Shown here piece by piece: positions 12,601-24,362 of a stretch of DNA of 64,000 bases. This DNA comes from Eledone cirrhosa (lineage: Eukaryota), in assembly GCA_964016885.1 (NCBI GenBank), contig OZ024741.1, forward strand, positions 350,920,001-350,984,000, written 5' to 3'. How positions within the stretch are numbered: position 1 is the stretch's first letter; every line of letters begins with the position of its first letter. The notes beneath the pieces were generated by a model that ran no database searches, was not told the DNA's origin, and saw only the letters and a program-made list of their open reading frames with translations. Position numbers and translations under genes: made by a program.

Positions 12601-15540
12601 CCTTGACTCAAATACTTCTAGGGGATTTCAAGTTTCGGTTTACCAAAACACACACACGGTTTTGGTCGACTTGAGGCTATTGTAGTAGACACTTTACGCA
12701 AAGTGCCACGCAGTAGCATGGAACTTAAAATAACGTGATTCTGAAGTGAAATTAATCAGACTTATGTCTGTGTCTATTACGTGCCTTAATTCTTTGGCAG
12801 TTTTGAATGGTCTCATAAATTGTAGAGGAAACGGATGTTATGAAATTTGCACCTTTGTTTTTCTACGAATGCAATTAGCGTAAGCGAAGTGGAATAGCTA
12901 CCAACTGAAAATCGAAATCTCTATGCTGGGGACATTACCTGATGCGCTATAGTCCTCGCTAAAAACTGGATCTCCCACGTGGTTTCAATACTCGCTTTAA
13001 GAGCAAATTATTTTACTGTCTATTAACAAAACTTTGTTTAAAAAAAAAAAAACTGTATGTATGATTCAAAATGTTTAAAATCGCGTTATATTTACATATA
13101 GAAGAACAGATAGGTGAGATGGCCGACAACATTGTTTTGTACAAAGGCTAGTGAGATTCTTCTACAGAACTAGAAGGGCTCCACAATTGTCTCCAATAAC
13201 CTTAAAACTAATCAGACAAAAATGATTCTGTTAAGTGGTTGAAAAATCTTTATCTGCCGATAAATGAACAAGAGGCGTAAAAACGACACTGGAACAGGAC
13301 TTGATGCAAAAGAATACACGACAGTGAAATCTCAGAGCAAAGCAAAGTGTCCCCAAACTCCAAGGATAGTGTTATACCATTTGATTCGTTACAAACCAAT
13401 TGGCTTCCAGGACATCCGGAATACTGACAGCCAAATAACCACTACATTATCCAATTTTACTTGGATCGCTAATAATCTTATGAAAAACCAACGTATAGAA
13501 TCACTTAAGTAAATTCTCAGAGATCCGGTTTCTTCCCGCTAACGCTTTAGAACCCTCCTCTAAATATAGTAGTTGTATTAAAAAACATCATTACTATTAA
13601 TTACTATTTCAAAAAAATATATTCCTTCTAATACAAAGCGAAATTAATTACGCATGTCGATTGCTTCTACCTGACCATATTTGCTAACCTACTGCCTTAA
13701 AAAGTAAATAAATAAATAAAAAAATACATTAAACACCCGCCAAAAAAGTTACGACTGGAATGCATTTGATAATAAAGTCTGCTCGATCAGGGATGACAAG
13801 AGACTAAACAACAAATATTTTTTTTATCAACCCGCCAGAGATAGTTCAAAATAAAACGTAGAGCCTACACTAAATACCGATTCGTTTGTCACTATACAAT
13901 TAGATTCATACCTAATTACTGACTAAAGAACAACGCCACTTATTAAGCAACGATTATTCAAAGAAATCATTTTCAGCTATACTGAACGAAAAAAAAAACT
14001 TTTCAGATATAAATTTAAACGAGCGCTAGATTAGGACTTAATTTTAAAATATTATAATGAAAAATATGAACTATATATGTATATATTAGTCGATATACCA
14101 TGTTAAAGTTAATAGAAAATATAGCTAACATTTAAAATAAAATTCGGTTACTCAAAAGTTATGGCAAAAAAACAGGACAAATTTCTTTTAGAGAGGCTAG
14201 TTTTATGATAATACGTCGACCCAATATTATACATACATATAAACATAAGATTTTTTTTTTTACATGAACAATAACTATACATATAAGCCAAATATATGTT
14301 AAGTTTAAAATCCCTTTTCGTATTCCTTCAATATGCATCGACCGTTTACCGGCATTAAATTGTTGAATATATGCCATGTATTACTCAGTATATATTTGCT
14401 TTAGAGTTCGAAATAATTTCAAATGTTGGTTAAATTTCAGTGACAACATAGTTCAATTAAAGTCTTGCTGTTAGACTTTGTTTAGACCATAGAGAGAACA
14501 GAAACATATATAAAATTGATGTTAACGTGTTGATCTTATTCAGCGTAAGGTCAAGTCCGATCGATCTCCATTTCAGTATCGCATAGAACTTATTTCAAAA
14601 ACACTAAAAAAGTATATAGTGCTGAAAGTAGAACCTCGTGTTATTTGCTAAGACGAACAAAGTAGAATTGATGACCAATAAACATGTACAGGTCTTGAAA
14701 GAAGCGCCATAATTTTATATTAGTTTTCTTCTCATAAAGCAAAAGCTAGAATTAGTTTCACAACTATTGAATTTGTAATCGATAAAAATTGACCGAAATT
14801 TCTCTTGCTGGTATTTATTTTATAAATTTCGAAAATATGAAATGAATCGACCTCAGCCAGATTTGAACGCAGAATGACGAAACTAAATGTACTTAACAAA
14901 GTCGCGTTAACTCCGTTCAGTATTTATTTTCGTCCTTGGCGATTCAGTTTAATTTAATATTGGGACACCAAATCCGAACTCGATAATTTAGCAATGTTGA
15001 ATTTTCGAAGTGTTTCAATTCACTTGTGTCATATGTCCCCACGTGCCTTCATTTAGTTATAAGTTAACTTGGGTAATATTATTGAATATTTATTACTAAT
15101 TTTATTTTGGTGGTGGAAATATGAAAATATTGCGAGTGAGAAGTGTCAATCGCCACCAAATATAAAATTTGTACCGGTTAATTTCAACTAAAGTCTTTTC
15201 TATCCATTTGTCTATCAAAGAAAAGCTAAATACTTTAAGTAATCAGTTGTTAAAAAGATAAGACACCTGTTGTGTCTACAACTTTATAATACTAAAAATA
15301 TCGTCTAGGATAAGTATATTAAATAAAAACCAAAAATGGATTTTGAAAAATCAATTAAAAACGATCAGGTTATAAAAAAAATTATACTACTTACCATATA
15401 ACACAGGATAATTTAAGACATAATTCAAACAACATTAGTGAGATCAAAGAGAAAATAATACTGTTAAAAATATAACAAAAAAAAAAAAACCACTTATACA
15501 ACTACTAATAGTATTGTTAATAGCAATACTACTATTAGTA

Positions 15541-15760
15541 CCTGTGGTTTAGAATATTTCCCGCTAAACAAACGAAGATAGCAAAGATTCACGTGGTGGA
15601 AGCCTCGTCCAAACATCGTTGTTAGGTTTCAACCATTTAAAAAGCTGGTTAGAAACATCGTTAAGGAGTTAATACGTTAAGGTTTCAGTGTGGTAGTTGA
15701 CTGTACAACCAATCAGAAAGCTTCTTTCATTTACACACTCGAAGCTTGTTTACGACAACG
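15541..15760 (-). promoter_or_regulatory. Possible promoter / first non-coding exon of the USP37-like gene
   Basis: Region 11.4-16 kb appears relatively CpG-rich; minus-strand donor cag|gtacta at 15540; TTTCCCGC (E2F-like) at 15557-15564, CACGTG and CCAAT motifs; link to the gene is inferred only. Confidence 0.3.
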
Positions 15761-15997
15761 CTCATTATGCCGGTTGATATCTATGGATTAATTCTAATAA
15801 TTGTTTCTACTATTGGCACAAGGCCAGAAAATTACCCAGTACATTACTGGTACTTTATTTTATCGACCCCGTAAGGATGAAAGGCAAAGTTAACCTCGGC
15901 GGGTTATTCTAATAATGGTAATTGCTATATTTGCCACAACAGCAATATTAAAACAAAACATTTTAATAAAGAAAAACGACTATACAAAATAGCAGGT

Positions 15998-16035
15998 GTG
16001 TATTTACACTTTATATATATAAAGTGTAAATACAC
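15998..16035. repeat. Perfect 38-bp palindrome
   Basis: gtgtatttacacttt-atatatat-aaagtgtaaatacac. Confidence 0.9.
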
Positions 16036-16261
16036 GACTGATCATAGGTTTTGCACCTAGTCCCCTGTCAAAGGGAAAGAGAAAAGCTGATAGAGCAATG
16101 TGAAATAAAGTGCATTGGTTAAGGACACAACGCACCGCCTGGTCCGGGAATCGAACTCACAACATTAAATTGTAAATCCAACGCTCTAATCGCTAAGCCA
16201 CGCGCCTTATATACATTAAGAAGTGCATTAGCAGCCGAAGTTACATCTATAAATGCAGAGT

Positions 16262-16540
16262 GTATAACCGAGTCTGCAACAATGTGTATATAAATATACA
16301 TATTTTTAATATGTAAACGTGCCAGAAAATACGAATTCCCCTCTAAATTGAAATGATGTTTCTTTGTGGGTAATTGGATGATATACATGCCATCTTATTA
16401 GAATACAATTAGATCCGAAAATCGATTAAAGGTGTTTGTCATTATTTCAATTTACAGGGAAATTCGTATCTTCTGGCATGTCTACATATTAAATATGTGC
16501 ATATCTATATACATAGTGTTGCAGTCGTCTCCGTTATATA
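16262..16540. mobile_element. MITE with long (~90 bp) imperfect inverted termini
   Basis: ctgcaacaatgtgtat...ccagaaaatacgaattccc...aaattgaaatgatg is mirrored by cattatttcaattt...gggaaattcgtatcttctgg...gtgttgcag. Confidence 0.7.
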
Positions 16541-16854
16541 TTTACACTACTACTGACTACTAAATTCATCCACTTCTTTGTGGTGACATAATAAAACCTT
16601 TCCATCACACGCGATACAACATTAACTACCTCAGTTCTTCACCGGACAATACTGTCTCTTACTCAATGACTCTTTTTAATGTCTTGAAAGGGCTTTCGTG
16701 TTTGCGTTTCACATTAGTTAACTCCCATAGTAAAAGTTTTGTAGCAGGTTCGTTGTCTCACATGACATGACCTGCATGTTGAAGACGATATGGATGGTAT
16801 GACTAATAGGCGGGAATAAAAGCGTAAAAGGTAAAGACCCCCCCCCCCCCCTCC

Positions 16855-17135
16855 TGTCACAAATGATTATGGGATTTGCGCCTAGAAAGTTCCCCTACCG
16901 AGGCAAGGTTGTTTGCGGAAGACCAGCAGTCGCCCATGCATACCAGTCTCCCCTCTCCACGCCAACGATGTTGTTCAGCTTGGCACGAATGACGTCGCAA
17001 CTCATTTCTACAGCTTAGTGAACTGGAGCAACGTGAAATAAAGTGTCTTGCTCAAGAACGCAACGCAAACCCTGTCCGAAAATCGAACTCACAACCTTAC
17101 GATTGTAAGCCCGATATTCTAACCACTAAGCCCTA
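16855..17135 (-). mobile_element. CORE-like tRNA SINE; related copies at about 16090-16208, 36925-37050, 48376-48650 and 54667-54985
   Basis: tRNA-like head (A-box TGGCTTAGTGG, B-box GAGTTCGATT) plus GTGTCCTTGAGCAAGACACTT CORE-like motif. Confidence 0.65.
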
Positions 17136-18420
17136 GGCGGAAATACAGTAAGATTAATTCCACTGTAGCTTTGAATTATCTTTTGTTTTTGTAGTTATGT
17201 TAGATGCCCACACCTTATCTAGTGAGTTCATAGCTGACCATACTTGTGTTATCCTGTTGTTTATATTTGACGAGTTGGTGTATTTGAAATCATCTACTTC
17301 GAGAACAGTATTGCTTAATGATTTGATGTATGTTGCTTGATCTGAGTTAATGGTCATGTGTTTGGGTTTGTTGGCATTTAGGAAGAGTTCCTCCCATAGA
17401 ACGTACATATGTATAGTGTGGGTGACTGTCTTTAGTATAACTTTTTTAACTTTTACGAGGTTTGTTCCAAAATTAAGGGTACTGATTTTCCTATGTACGA
17501 CATGGTAACGCCTCTCCACGTTGATGTGTATAGGCGTAATTAATTATGACACTGACTGTACGTACATACATCTTTCAACATGATCGGTTGAGTCAGTCAT
17601 GAGTTATTGTTGTTTGTGTACAGACGTGTTTATAACCTCTGTTACGTTTGCAATGCAATAAATATCGAACATCGGAATGCGATCAAATTTTGTGTGAAAT
17701 TCAACAAATCTACCACCGATACATTTAAATATTTAACACAAGCTCTATTGAGAAGTAAGGTTTCTAAGTGGCACAAAGCTTTAAAACTGGGCCGCGAAAA
17801 TGATAAAGACCAACCTCTTTCTGGAAGCCCAATCTCGTCAACAAATGAAAAAAATGTGGAAGTGGTGCGAGCACTGGTGGCAAAAGATTGACGATTAAGT
17901 GTGATGGTTGCAGAAGAAGTGAGCTTAGATAAAAATGCAGTTCACACAATTTTAAGAGACCATTTGCACGTGTGAAAAATGTGTGCAAAACTCGTGCCCA
18001 AACACTTGTCTCTGGAGCAAATAGCGAACTAGTTGGGAATTTGTCAAGATTTGCTAGAAAGACTCAAAATTGAGCCAAATTTCTTGGATAAAGAATGACT
18101 TCAAAAATGAATCCAGCAAGTCTGAAAGGACATTGCAGGAGATTGGATACTGCACCACAATAATGCGCCTGCTTACACAGCACTTTCAATTACCCCCCCC
18201 CCCCCCCCCAGATCTAGCTCCATGTGATTTCTATCTCTTCCCTAAGTTGAAATCAAAGTTGAAGGGTCATCATTTTGGGACTAGAAAGCATACAAAAAAT
18301 TGTAACCAACGAGCTTTAAAGACTCACAGAAAATGACTTCCAGTACTGCTACAATCAATGGAAAAAAACATTGGAACCTCTGTGTAACTTCTCATTTTGA
18401 AGGTGATAACTTGTAATTTC

Positions 18421-18758
18421 ATCATCATCATCATCGTTTAACGTCCATATTCCACGCTTGCATGGGTTTGGACGGGAATTTTCCCACTTGAGGCAAGACT
18501 GGTTGTCTTGCTCGTATAGGACTGTCTGGCGGGTTTTCTACAGCTGGATGCCCTTCCTAACACCAACCACGTTTACAGTGTGAACTGGGAGGTTTTTACC
18601 ATGTTACCTACACGGCCACATTACAGCATGGACTGTGTGTTTTTTTTATCGTGACACCTACACAACCTCATTTATTTAGGACTGGATGTTGTGGTACCAA
18701 CATAACTTTACATTGAAAGGGGGGTGGAGTAGATGGGGTGGGGTTAGTGGGACGGGGG
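18421..18758 (-). mobile_element. RTE family A 3' UTR fragment with (GAT)n tail
   Basis: Reverse complement matches 3' UTR at 30767-31245 and 45880-46225. Confidence 0.75.
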
Positions 18759-19157
18759 TATATATATATATATAAATACATATACATACATACATATATA
18801 TATATATAAATACATATACATACATATATATATAAATACATATACATACATACATATATATATAAATACACATACATACATACATATATATATATATAAA
18901 TACATATACATACATACATATATATATATATATAAATACATATACATACATACATATATATATATATATAAATACATATACATACATACATACAAATATA
19001 TATATATATAAATACATATACATACATACATATATATATATATAAATACATATACATACATACATATATATATATAAATACATATACATACATACATATA
19101 TATAAATACATATACATACATATATATAAATACATATACATACATATATATAAATAC
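18759..19157. repeat. Compound TA/TACA micro/minisatellite (~26-34 bp units)
   Basis: Repeats of (TA)nAATACATATACATACATACA; explains the spurious YIYM ORFs. Confidence 0.95.
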
Positions 19158-21516
19158 ATCATCATCATCATCACCGTTTTACGTCCGTTCTTCCACGCTA
19201 GCATGGGTTAGACGGGTTGTCCTGTTGTGGGCAGTGTCTGGTCGGCTGACCATGCCTTGCTCATACAGGAACTGATCTGGCTTGATTTCTACAGCTGGAT
19301 GCCCTTCCTAACACCAACCTCATTTACAGTGAGTGCTGGGTGCTTTTTCGTGGCGCCTACACGTCCACTTTACAGTGTGGGCTGGGTGCTTTTTTGCCGT
19401 GGCACCTCCACGACCACCTTGCGGTGGGGGGGGGGGGGGGGCATATTGTTTATATGCTTCAGCATGTACCCATGGGAGGTCGGGTACCCTGTATTACTGC
19501 GTGACGCCAGAGGTCACGGTCGTGTGTCATTGACTTTGAGAGGTGTAGTTGGGTAAAGTCGGCTTTTATCACCTCATCCCAAGTCATCTTGGGTCTCCCC
19601 ACTCCGCGGTTTCCATCAACTTCTAGTGCTCTGCACCTTTTTATGCAGCTGTCATCCTTCATACGCATCACATGTCCATACCAGCGTAACCGCCTCTCCT
19701 GCACGCAGCATTTGATTCCTCTTATGCTCAGTCTCTCTCTCAATTCATTTATGCTTTGTCGTTCACGTATATTGCTGTTACACATCCATCGGAGCATGCA
19801 GGCTTCGTTTCTCTCTAATCTACGTAAGTCTTCCACCTTCAGCGCCCAGGTCTCACTACCATGCAACATCGCTGTTCGGATACACGCATCATACAGTCTG
19901 CCTTTCATTCTGAGGGAGAAGCCTTTTGCAGCTAGCAGTGGTAGTAGTTCCCTAAACTTCTTCCATCCTGTTCTTACCCTAGTTATTGTACTTTCTGAGC
20001 ACCCACCTCCGTTGCTAATTCGGTCACCTAGGTAGCAAAAGCTGTCTACTGTTTCTACAGGGCCCTCCCAGAGATTGGTGGTACTTGTTTCCTGTGGCTG
20101 TTTGCTTGCTGTTTCAGCACAGCTGCTGCATGTGAATCCTACATTCTTAATTAAGCTTCCTGAGATCCCGCTACATCTCTTGTGTACCCATTGTTTGCAT
20201 TTGGGGCAAAGAATGGAGTTCCTACCTACACCTTTCCTACATACTGAGCAAGGCCATTTCCCTGAGGGGATCTGGGTTCTGTTTTCTCGTCTACTTATAA
20301 GGACCTTAGTCTTTGTCATGTTGACTTTGAGGCCCTTTCTCTCTAGTCCCTGCTTCCAGGTTTGGAATTTATTCTCTAGTTCTACCATAGATTCAGCTAT
20401 GAGTGCGAGGTCATCAGCATACAGGAGTTCCCATGGGCATCCGGTCTTAAACTCCTCCGTTATTGCCTGCAGGACTATGATGAACAGGAGAGGGCTAAGA
20501 ACAGAGCCCTGGTGGACCCCAACCTGTACGCTAAATTCCTCGCTATACTCATTGCCAATCCTAACTTTGCTGACTGCTCCCCTATACATGGCTTGTACCG
20601 CTTTCACAAGCCATTCATCTACTCCTAGTTTTCTAAGAGCCCACCAGATTACTGCACGTGGAACTCTGTCAAAGGCTTTCTCAAGGTCGACAAATGCCAA
20701 GTAGAGTGGCTTACTTTTAGCTAGGTACTTTTCCTGTAATTGCCTCACAAGGAAGAGCGCATCAGTGGTGCCTTTCCCTGGTACAAACCCAAATTGCATC
20801 TCGTCTATATTCACCCGGTCCCTAATCAGCTGTGCTATAACTCTTTCTGTTACTTTCATGACCTGGTCCATCAACTTTATACCTCTATAGTTTCCTCTAT
20901 CTAGTGCATCGCCTTTACCTTTGTAGCAGTTGACAATGATGCTACTGCACCAATCTTTTGGTATGGCCCCCTCTAGTATTACCTGGTTAACGATACGTGT
21001 GGTTATAGTGTGACCTACAGACCCAGATGCCTTCAGCATCTCGGCAGCTATACCCGATGGACCGGTTGCCTTCCCTATCTTCACATCTCTGATTGCCTTA
21101 CTTACTACGCTGCCGCTGACTTGTACTGCTGGTCCCTCTATAGGGTCTACTTGGGGTAGGGTCTCTTCTTCCCATGCATTCTCCTCATTTAGTAATCTAT
21201 CATAATGACTCTTCCATGCATCTTTCTTCTCAGCACTTGTGAGGGCAAGCTCACCTTTATCATTCCGGATACACTTCTCTCCAATGACATCACAACTATC
21301 TCTGACACACTGCCTCGCAATCTTGAATACCTCCTGTTTCTGGTCCTCACGTTGTAAAACATGCTTGAATTTTCTATCCTCTGCTTCCCTCCTAGCTAAG
21401 TATACTTGTTGCCTAGCTTCCCTCTTGGTCTCTATGTAATGTACCCTGCTCCCCCCGTTCTTCCATTCTTTCCATGCCTGTCTCTTGGCCTTGACTGCTT
21501 CATCTACCTTATTGTT
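19158..21516 (-). mobile_element. Young 5'-truncated RTE LINE (family B); uninterrupted 686-aa RT ORF at 19459-21519 with an internal Cys/His finger
   Basis: YRGIKL, QFGF, FVDLEKAFD, GVHQGSVLSP, YADD, LRWYGHVMR; 3' UTR and (GAT)n tail at 19158; APE domain missing. Confidence 0.95.
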
Positions 21517-21749
21517 CAATATATGTCAAATATACATTTAAATAAAACATCAGTACCCTTACTTTGGGGACAAACCACTAGAACTTTTTAACTTTTTATT
21601 ATAAATTATTAAACCCATATAAGTTTTAGACTTTTATAACTTAACTTTTTAAACTTGTTTCTTCTTTGTCACTGGTAGAGTAGGTTGTGTGCTTCAGTGA
21701 ACAGGTCAAAGGAAAGCAGCTAGACTAAGCTAGTTAATTTACATATTTA

Positions 21750-21805
21750 CAAAATTGAGCCAAATTTCTTGGATGAAGTAATAACAGGAGATAAATCATG
21801 GGCGT
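21750..21805 (+). mobile_element. Second mariner transposase fragment
   Basis: KIEPNFLDEVITGDKSW, the first catalytic-Asp motif that is deleted from the 17456 copy. Confidence 0.6.
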
Positions 21806-24362
21806 TCTAATTTACATAATCATATTTATTAATTATATTTCTGTGATACCAGCATGGGGCTGTTGTGCAATTGGTACAACAGCGACCTGTACCGCAAAGG
21901 GACGTAACTATGCTAGAAAGCATGGCGTCCGACCATCTACTGATACTGATAATAATAATAATAATAATAATGATTTCTACTATAGGCACAAGGCCAGCAA
22001 TTGGGGGGGGGGGGGGGGGCATTAAATCAACCATAATGCATTACTGGTGCTTTATTTTATCAACCCCATAAGGATGAAAAGCAAAGCTAACCTTGGTGAA
22101 ATTTGAACACAGAATGTAAAGGGCCGTAACTGTGCTGTGAAACGTTGTGCGACGCTCTATCAATACTGCCAATCGACCGCCCTAATGATAAACATAATAA
22201 TGAAACACAAAAAACAAATAACAAAAATAATGTATCTTGCTGGGAATCACTCACAGTTTCACAGTTTAATGACCATGAGTTAAACAACCTAACCACTAAA
22301 TTACATGCTTTTATGGTTAGCCATGTATGATAAATATATGTGGGACATGGCAGCTAAAGGCCAAGGATCATTGAATTAGTCCAAAAAAATACTTATAACT
22401 ACTAAAGTAGTAAACAACGACACTAAGGCTAACATTTACATGAGAAATTGTCAAATTGAAGAAAATTCTAAAAAAGAAACAAAAAACAATAAAGAAAAGA
22501 ATTTTATATGATTTAACCCTTTAGCATTTATATTACTTTATATTTATCTCAGATATCGAATCTATGAAATTGTAATATTTATTTTGAGAACAATACCTTA
22601 ACATCAATATGAGCAGATGGTTACGGCCAGTTTGAACAGACAGAGGTGAGAGAATTCTGGCCAGATACAGCTGGTTTAAATGTTAAAGGGTTAAACAAAA
22701 ATAATGGTTTCTAATTTAGGCACAAGGCTAGCAATACTTGACTGATACTTTATTTCATTGACTCTGGAAGGATGAAATGTAAAGTTAGCCTCAGTTGGAT
22801 TTGAACTCAGTACCATGAACAAGAATAATTACCACCAAGCATTCTATCTGATACTCTATCAACCCAGCCAATCCATTACCCATATTAAAACAAATAATGA
22901 AAAAGAAAGATAAAAGGAAGATTAACAAAGAATATTAAAACAAAAGTTTATTCACATGTTTTTGTTCATGAAATATAGCTGTATTAAATTTAGTTTAGAA
23001 ATGTCTTTTATCTAATCTTTCTGGTATCAAGAAGACTTTAGTTACAAATTTGTAAATCTTTATTTCTTTTTTTTTTATTCAATTCAAACACATATCAGTT
23101 GCCAGGAGTTGTACCCACTACTTACATACACATGCAGATATACATAGAGGCAGTCTTATCAATGTAAATGTGAATAGCATAAGCCATTGTGTCCAAAAGT
23201 GTATAACTTAAAAACTGTTTTCCTGTAGTAGATATATGTAGAATATACATATATGGTGATCTACATGATAAACGATGTAAAGTAGTTAGTGATAGGATCC
23301 ATCCATAGAAATGTTGCCAAACAAAGGTTTGGGAGGACCCTTCAGTTGTGTCAAAGATATGATGGCCTCCATACTTTTGGTGTCATGATCAAATGCACTC
23401 AGTAGTGCGAGACTGTATGTAAGCAAGATGCAATCCCTGGCCCATCTGAAGAGTCAGTAGCCTTGGTTGAGTACTGACTTGATCTGTGAAGATACGTCCA
23501 GCCATTGCTAGCAGGAAAAGTGGACATTTAATGATGATGATGAGGATGATACATTGATAGAACTGCATCTGTGTGTGAGTATCAATACCAAAAGGTAGTT
23601 GTGCCCATTGATGCATGACTTCAAGAAAGCAGTCTTCATGTTAGGGCACCCTTCATAAAACTATATCCATAAGGAGTTGAACTTAGCACTGTAAATTAAC
23701 AAAACGTGTCTATCATATACAGCACTTCTACTACTTGTAACAGTAGACTCTACCATACAGGGTATCTATTCTACAGCTAAATAGACTGGGCAATTTGAAG
23801 ACTAAATTGTTATAATTTCAGGCACAATTCAATTCTGGTGAAAATATACAAACTAATAAGCCTTTTGGCTGATAGTTCAATACACTAGAGACTTCACCAG
23901 TTCTGACTCACCATCAATTCAGATTACCATTGTTTTGGTAGAGAGTTCATAGAAGAATTTGGTAACTTCATTTGTTATGATACAAATTGACAAGGGATCA
24001 AAAGTTTGTATTTTTCACTGTCAAACCAACTGAATTTACCAAACTCTATAAAACTCTCTTATGAAAGATAGGACTAGGGTTCCTATAATAAAAAAACACT
24101 AAAAAAACCTCCAGTGTGGTGCAGCCTCATAGGAGGCCAGATAGATGTGCTAGATCTAAGCCATAACAATAACTCTCCTATGAACTACTTGTTACTGATG
24201 TAATAAGACCCACCAACAGTTTTCTACTTTTGTTCCATCTTAGATATCTCTCTTTTTTGTTTCATTCTTTTTTTTTTTCTTGCTCAATTATTTTTATTTA
24301 TTTATTTCATTAGTTGAAAATTCACACAAGAAAAGAAAAACAAGAATTCAACTTAAATATAA

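Larger units (their letters stand above)
17456..21578 (+). mobile_element. Decayed mariner transposon interrupted by a ~3.1-kb nested insertion (18421-21516)
   Basis: TA-flanked TIRs CGAGGTTTGTTCCAAAATTAAGGGTACTGAT / ATCAGTACCCTTACTTTGGGGACAAACCAC; transposase remnants HRNAIKFCVK, HHNNAPA, PDLAPCDFYLFPKLK, FEGD. Confidence 0.85.

Noticed and set aside
18668-19204. Three long Y/I/M/C-rich ORFs
   Set aside because: Translations of the TA/TACA satellite
19589-20704. Plus-strand ORFs of 148 and 209 aa (also 58519-59258)
   Set aside because: Antisense shadows of the RTE RT ORF
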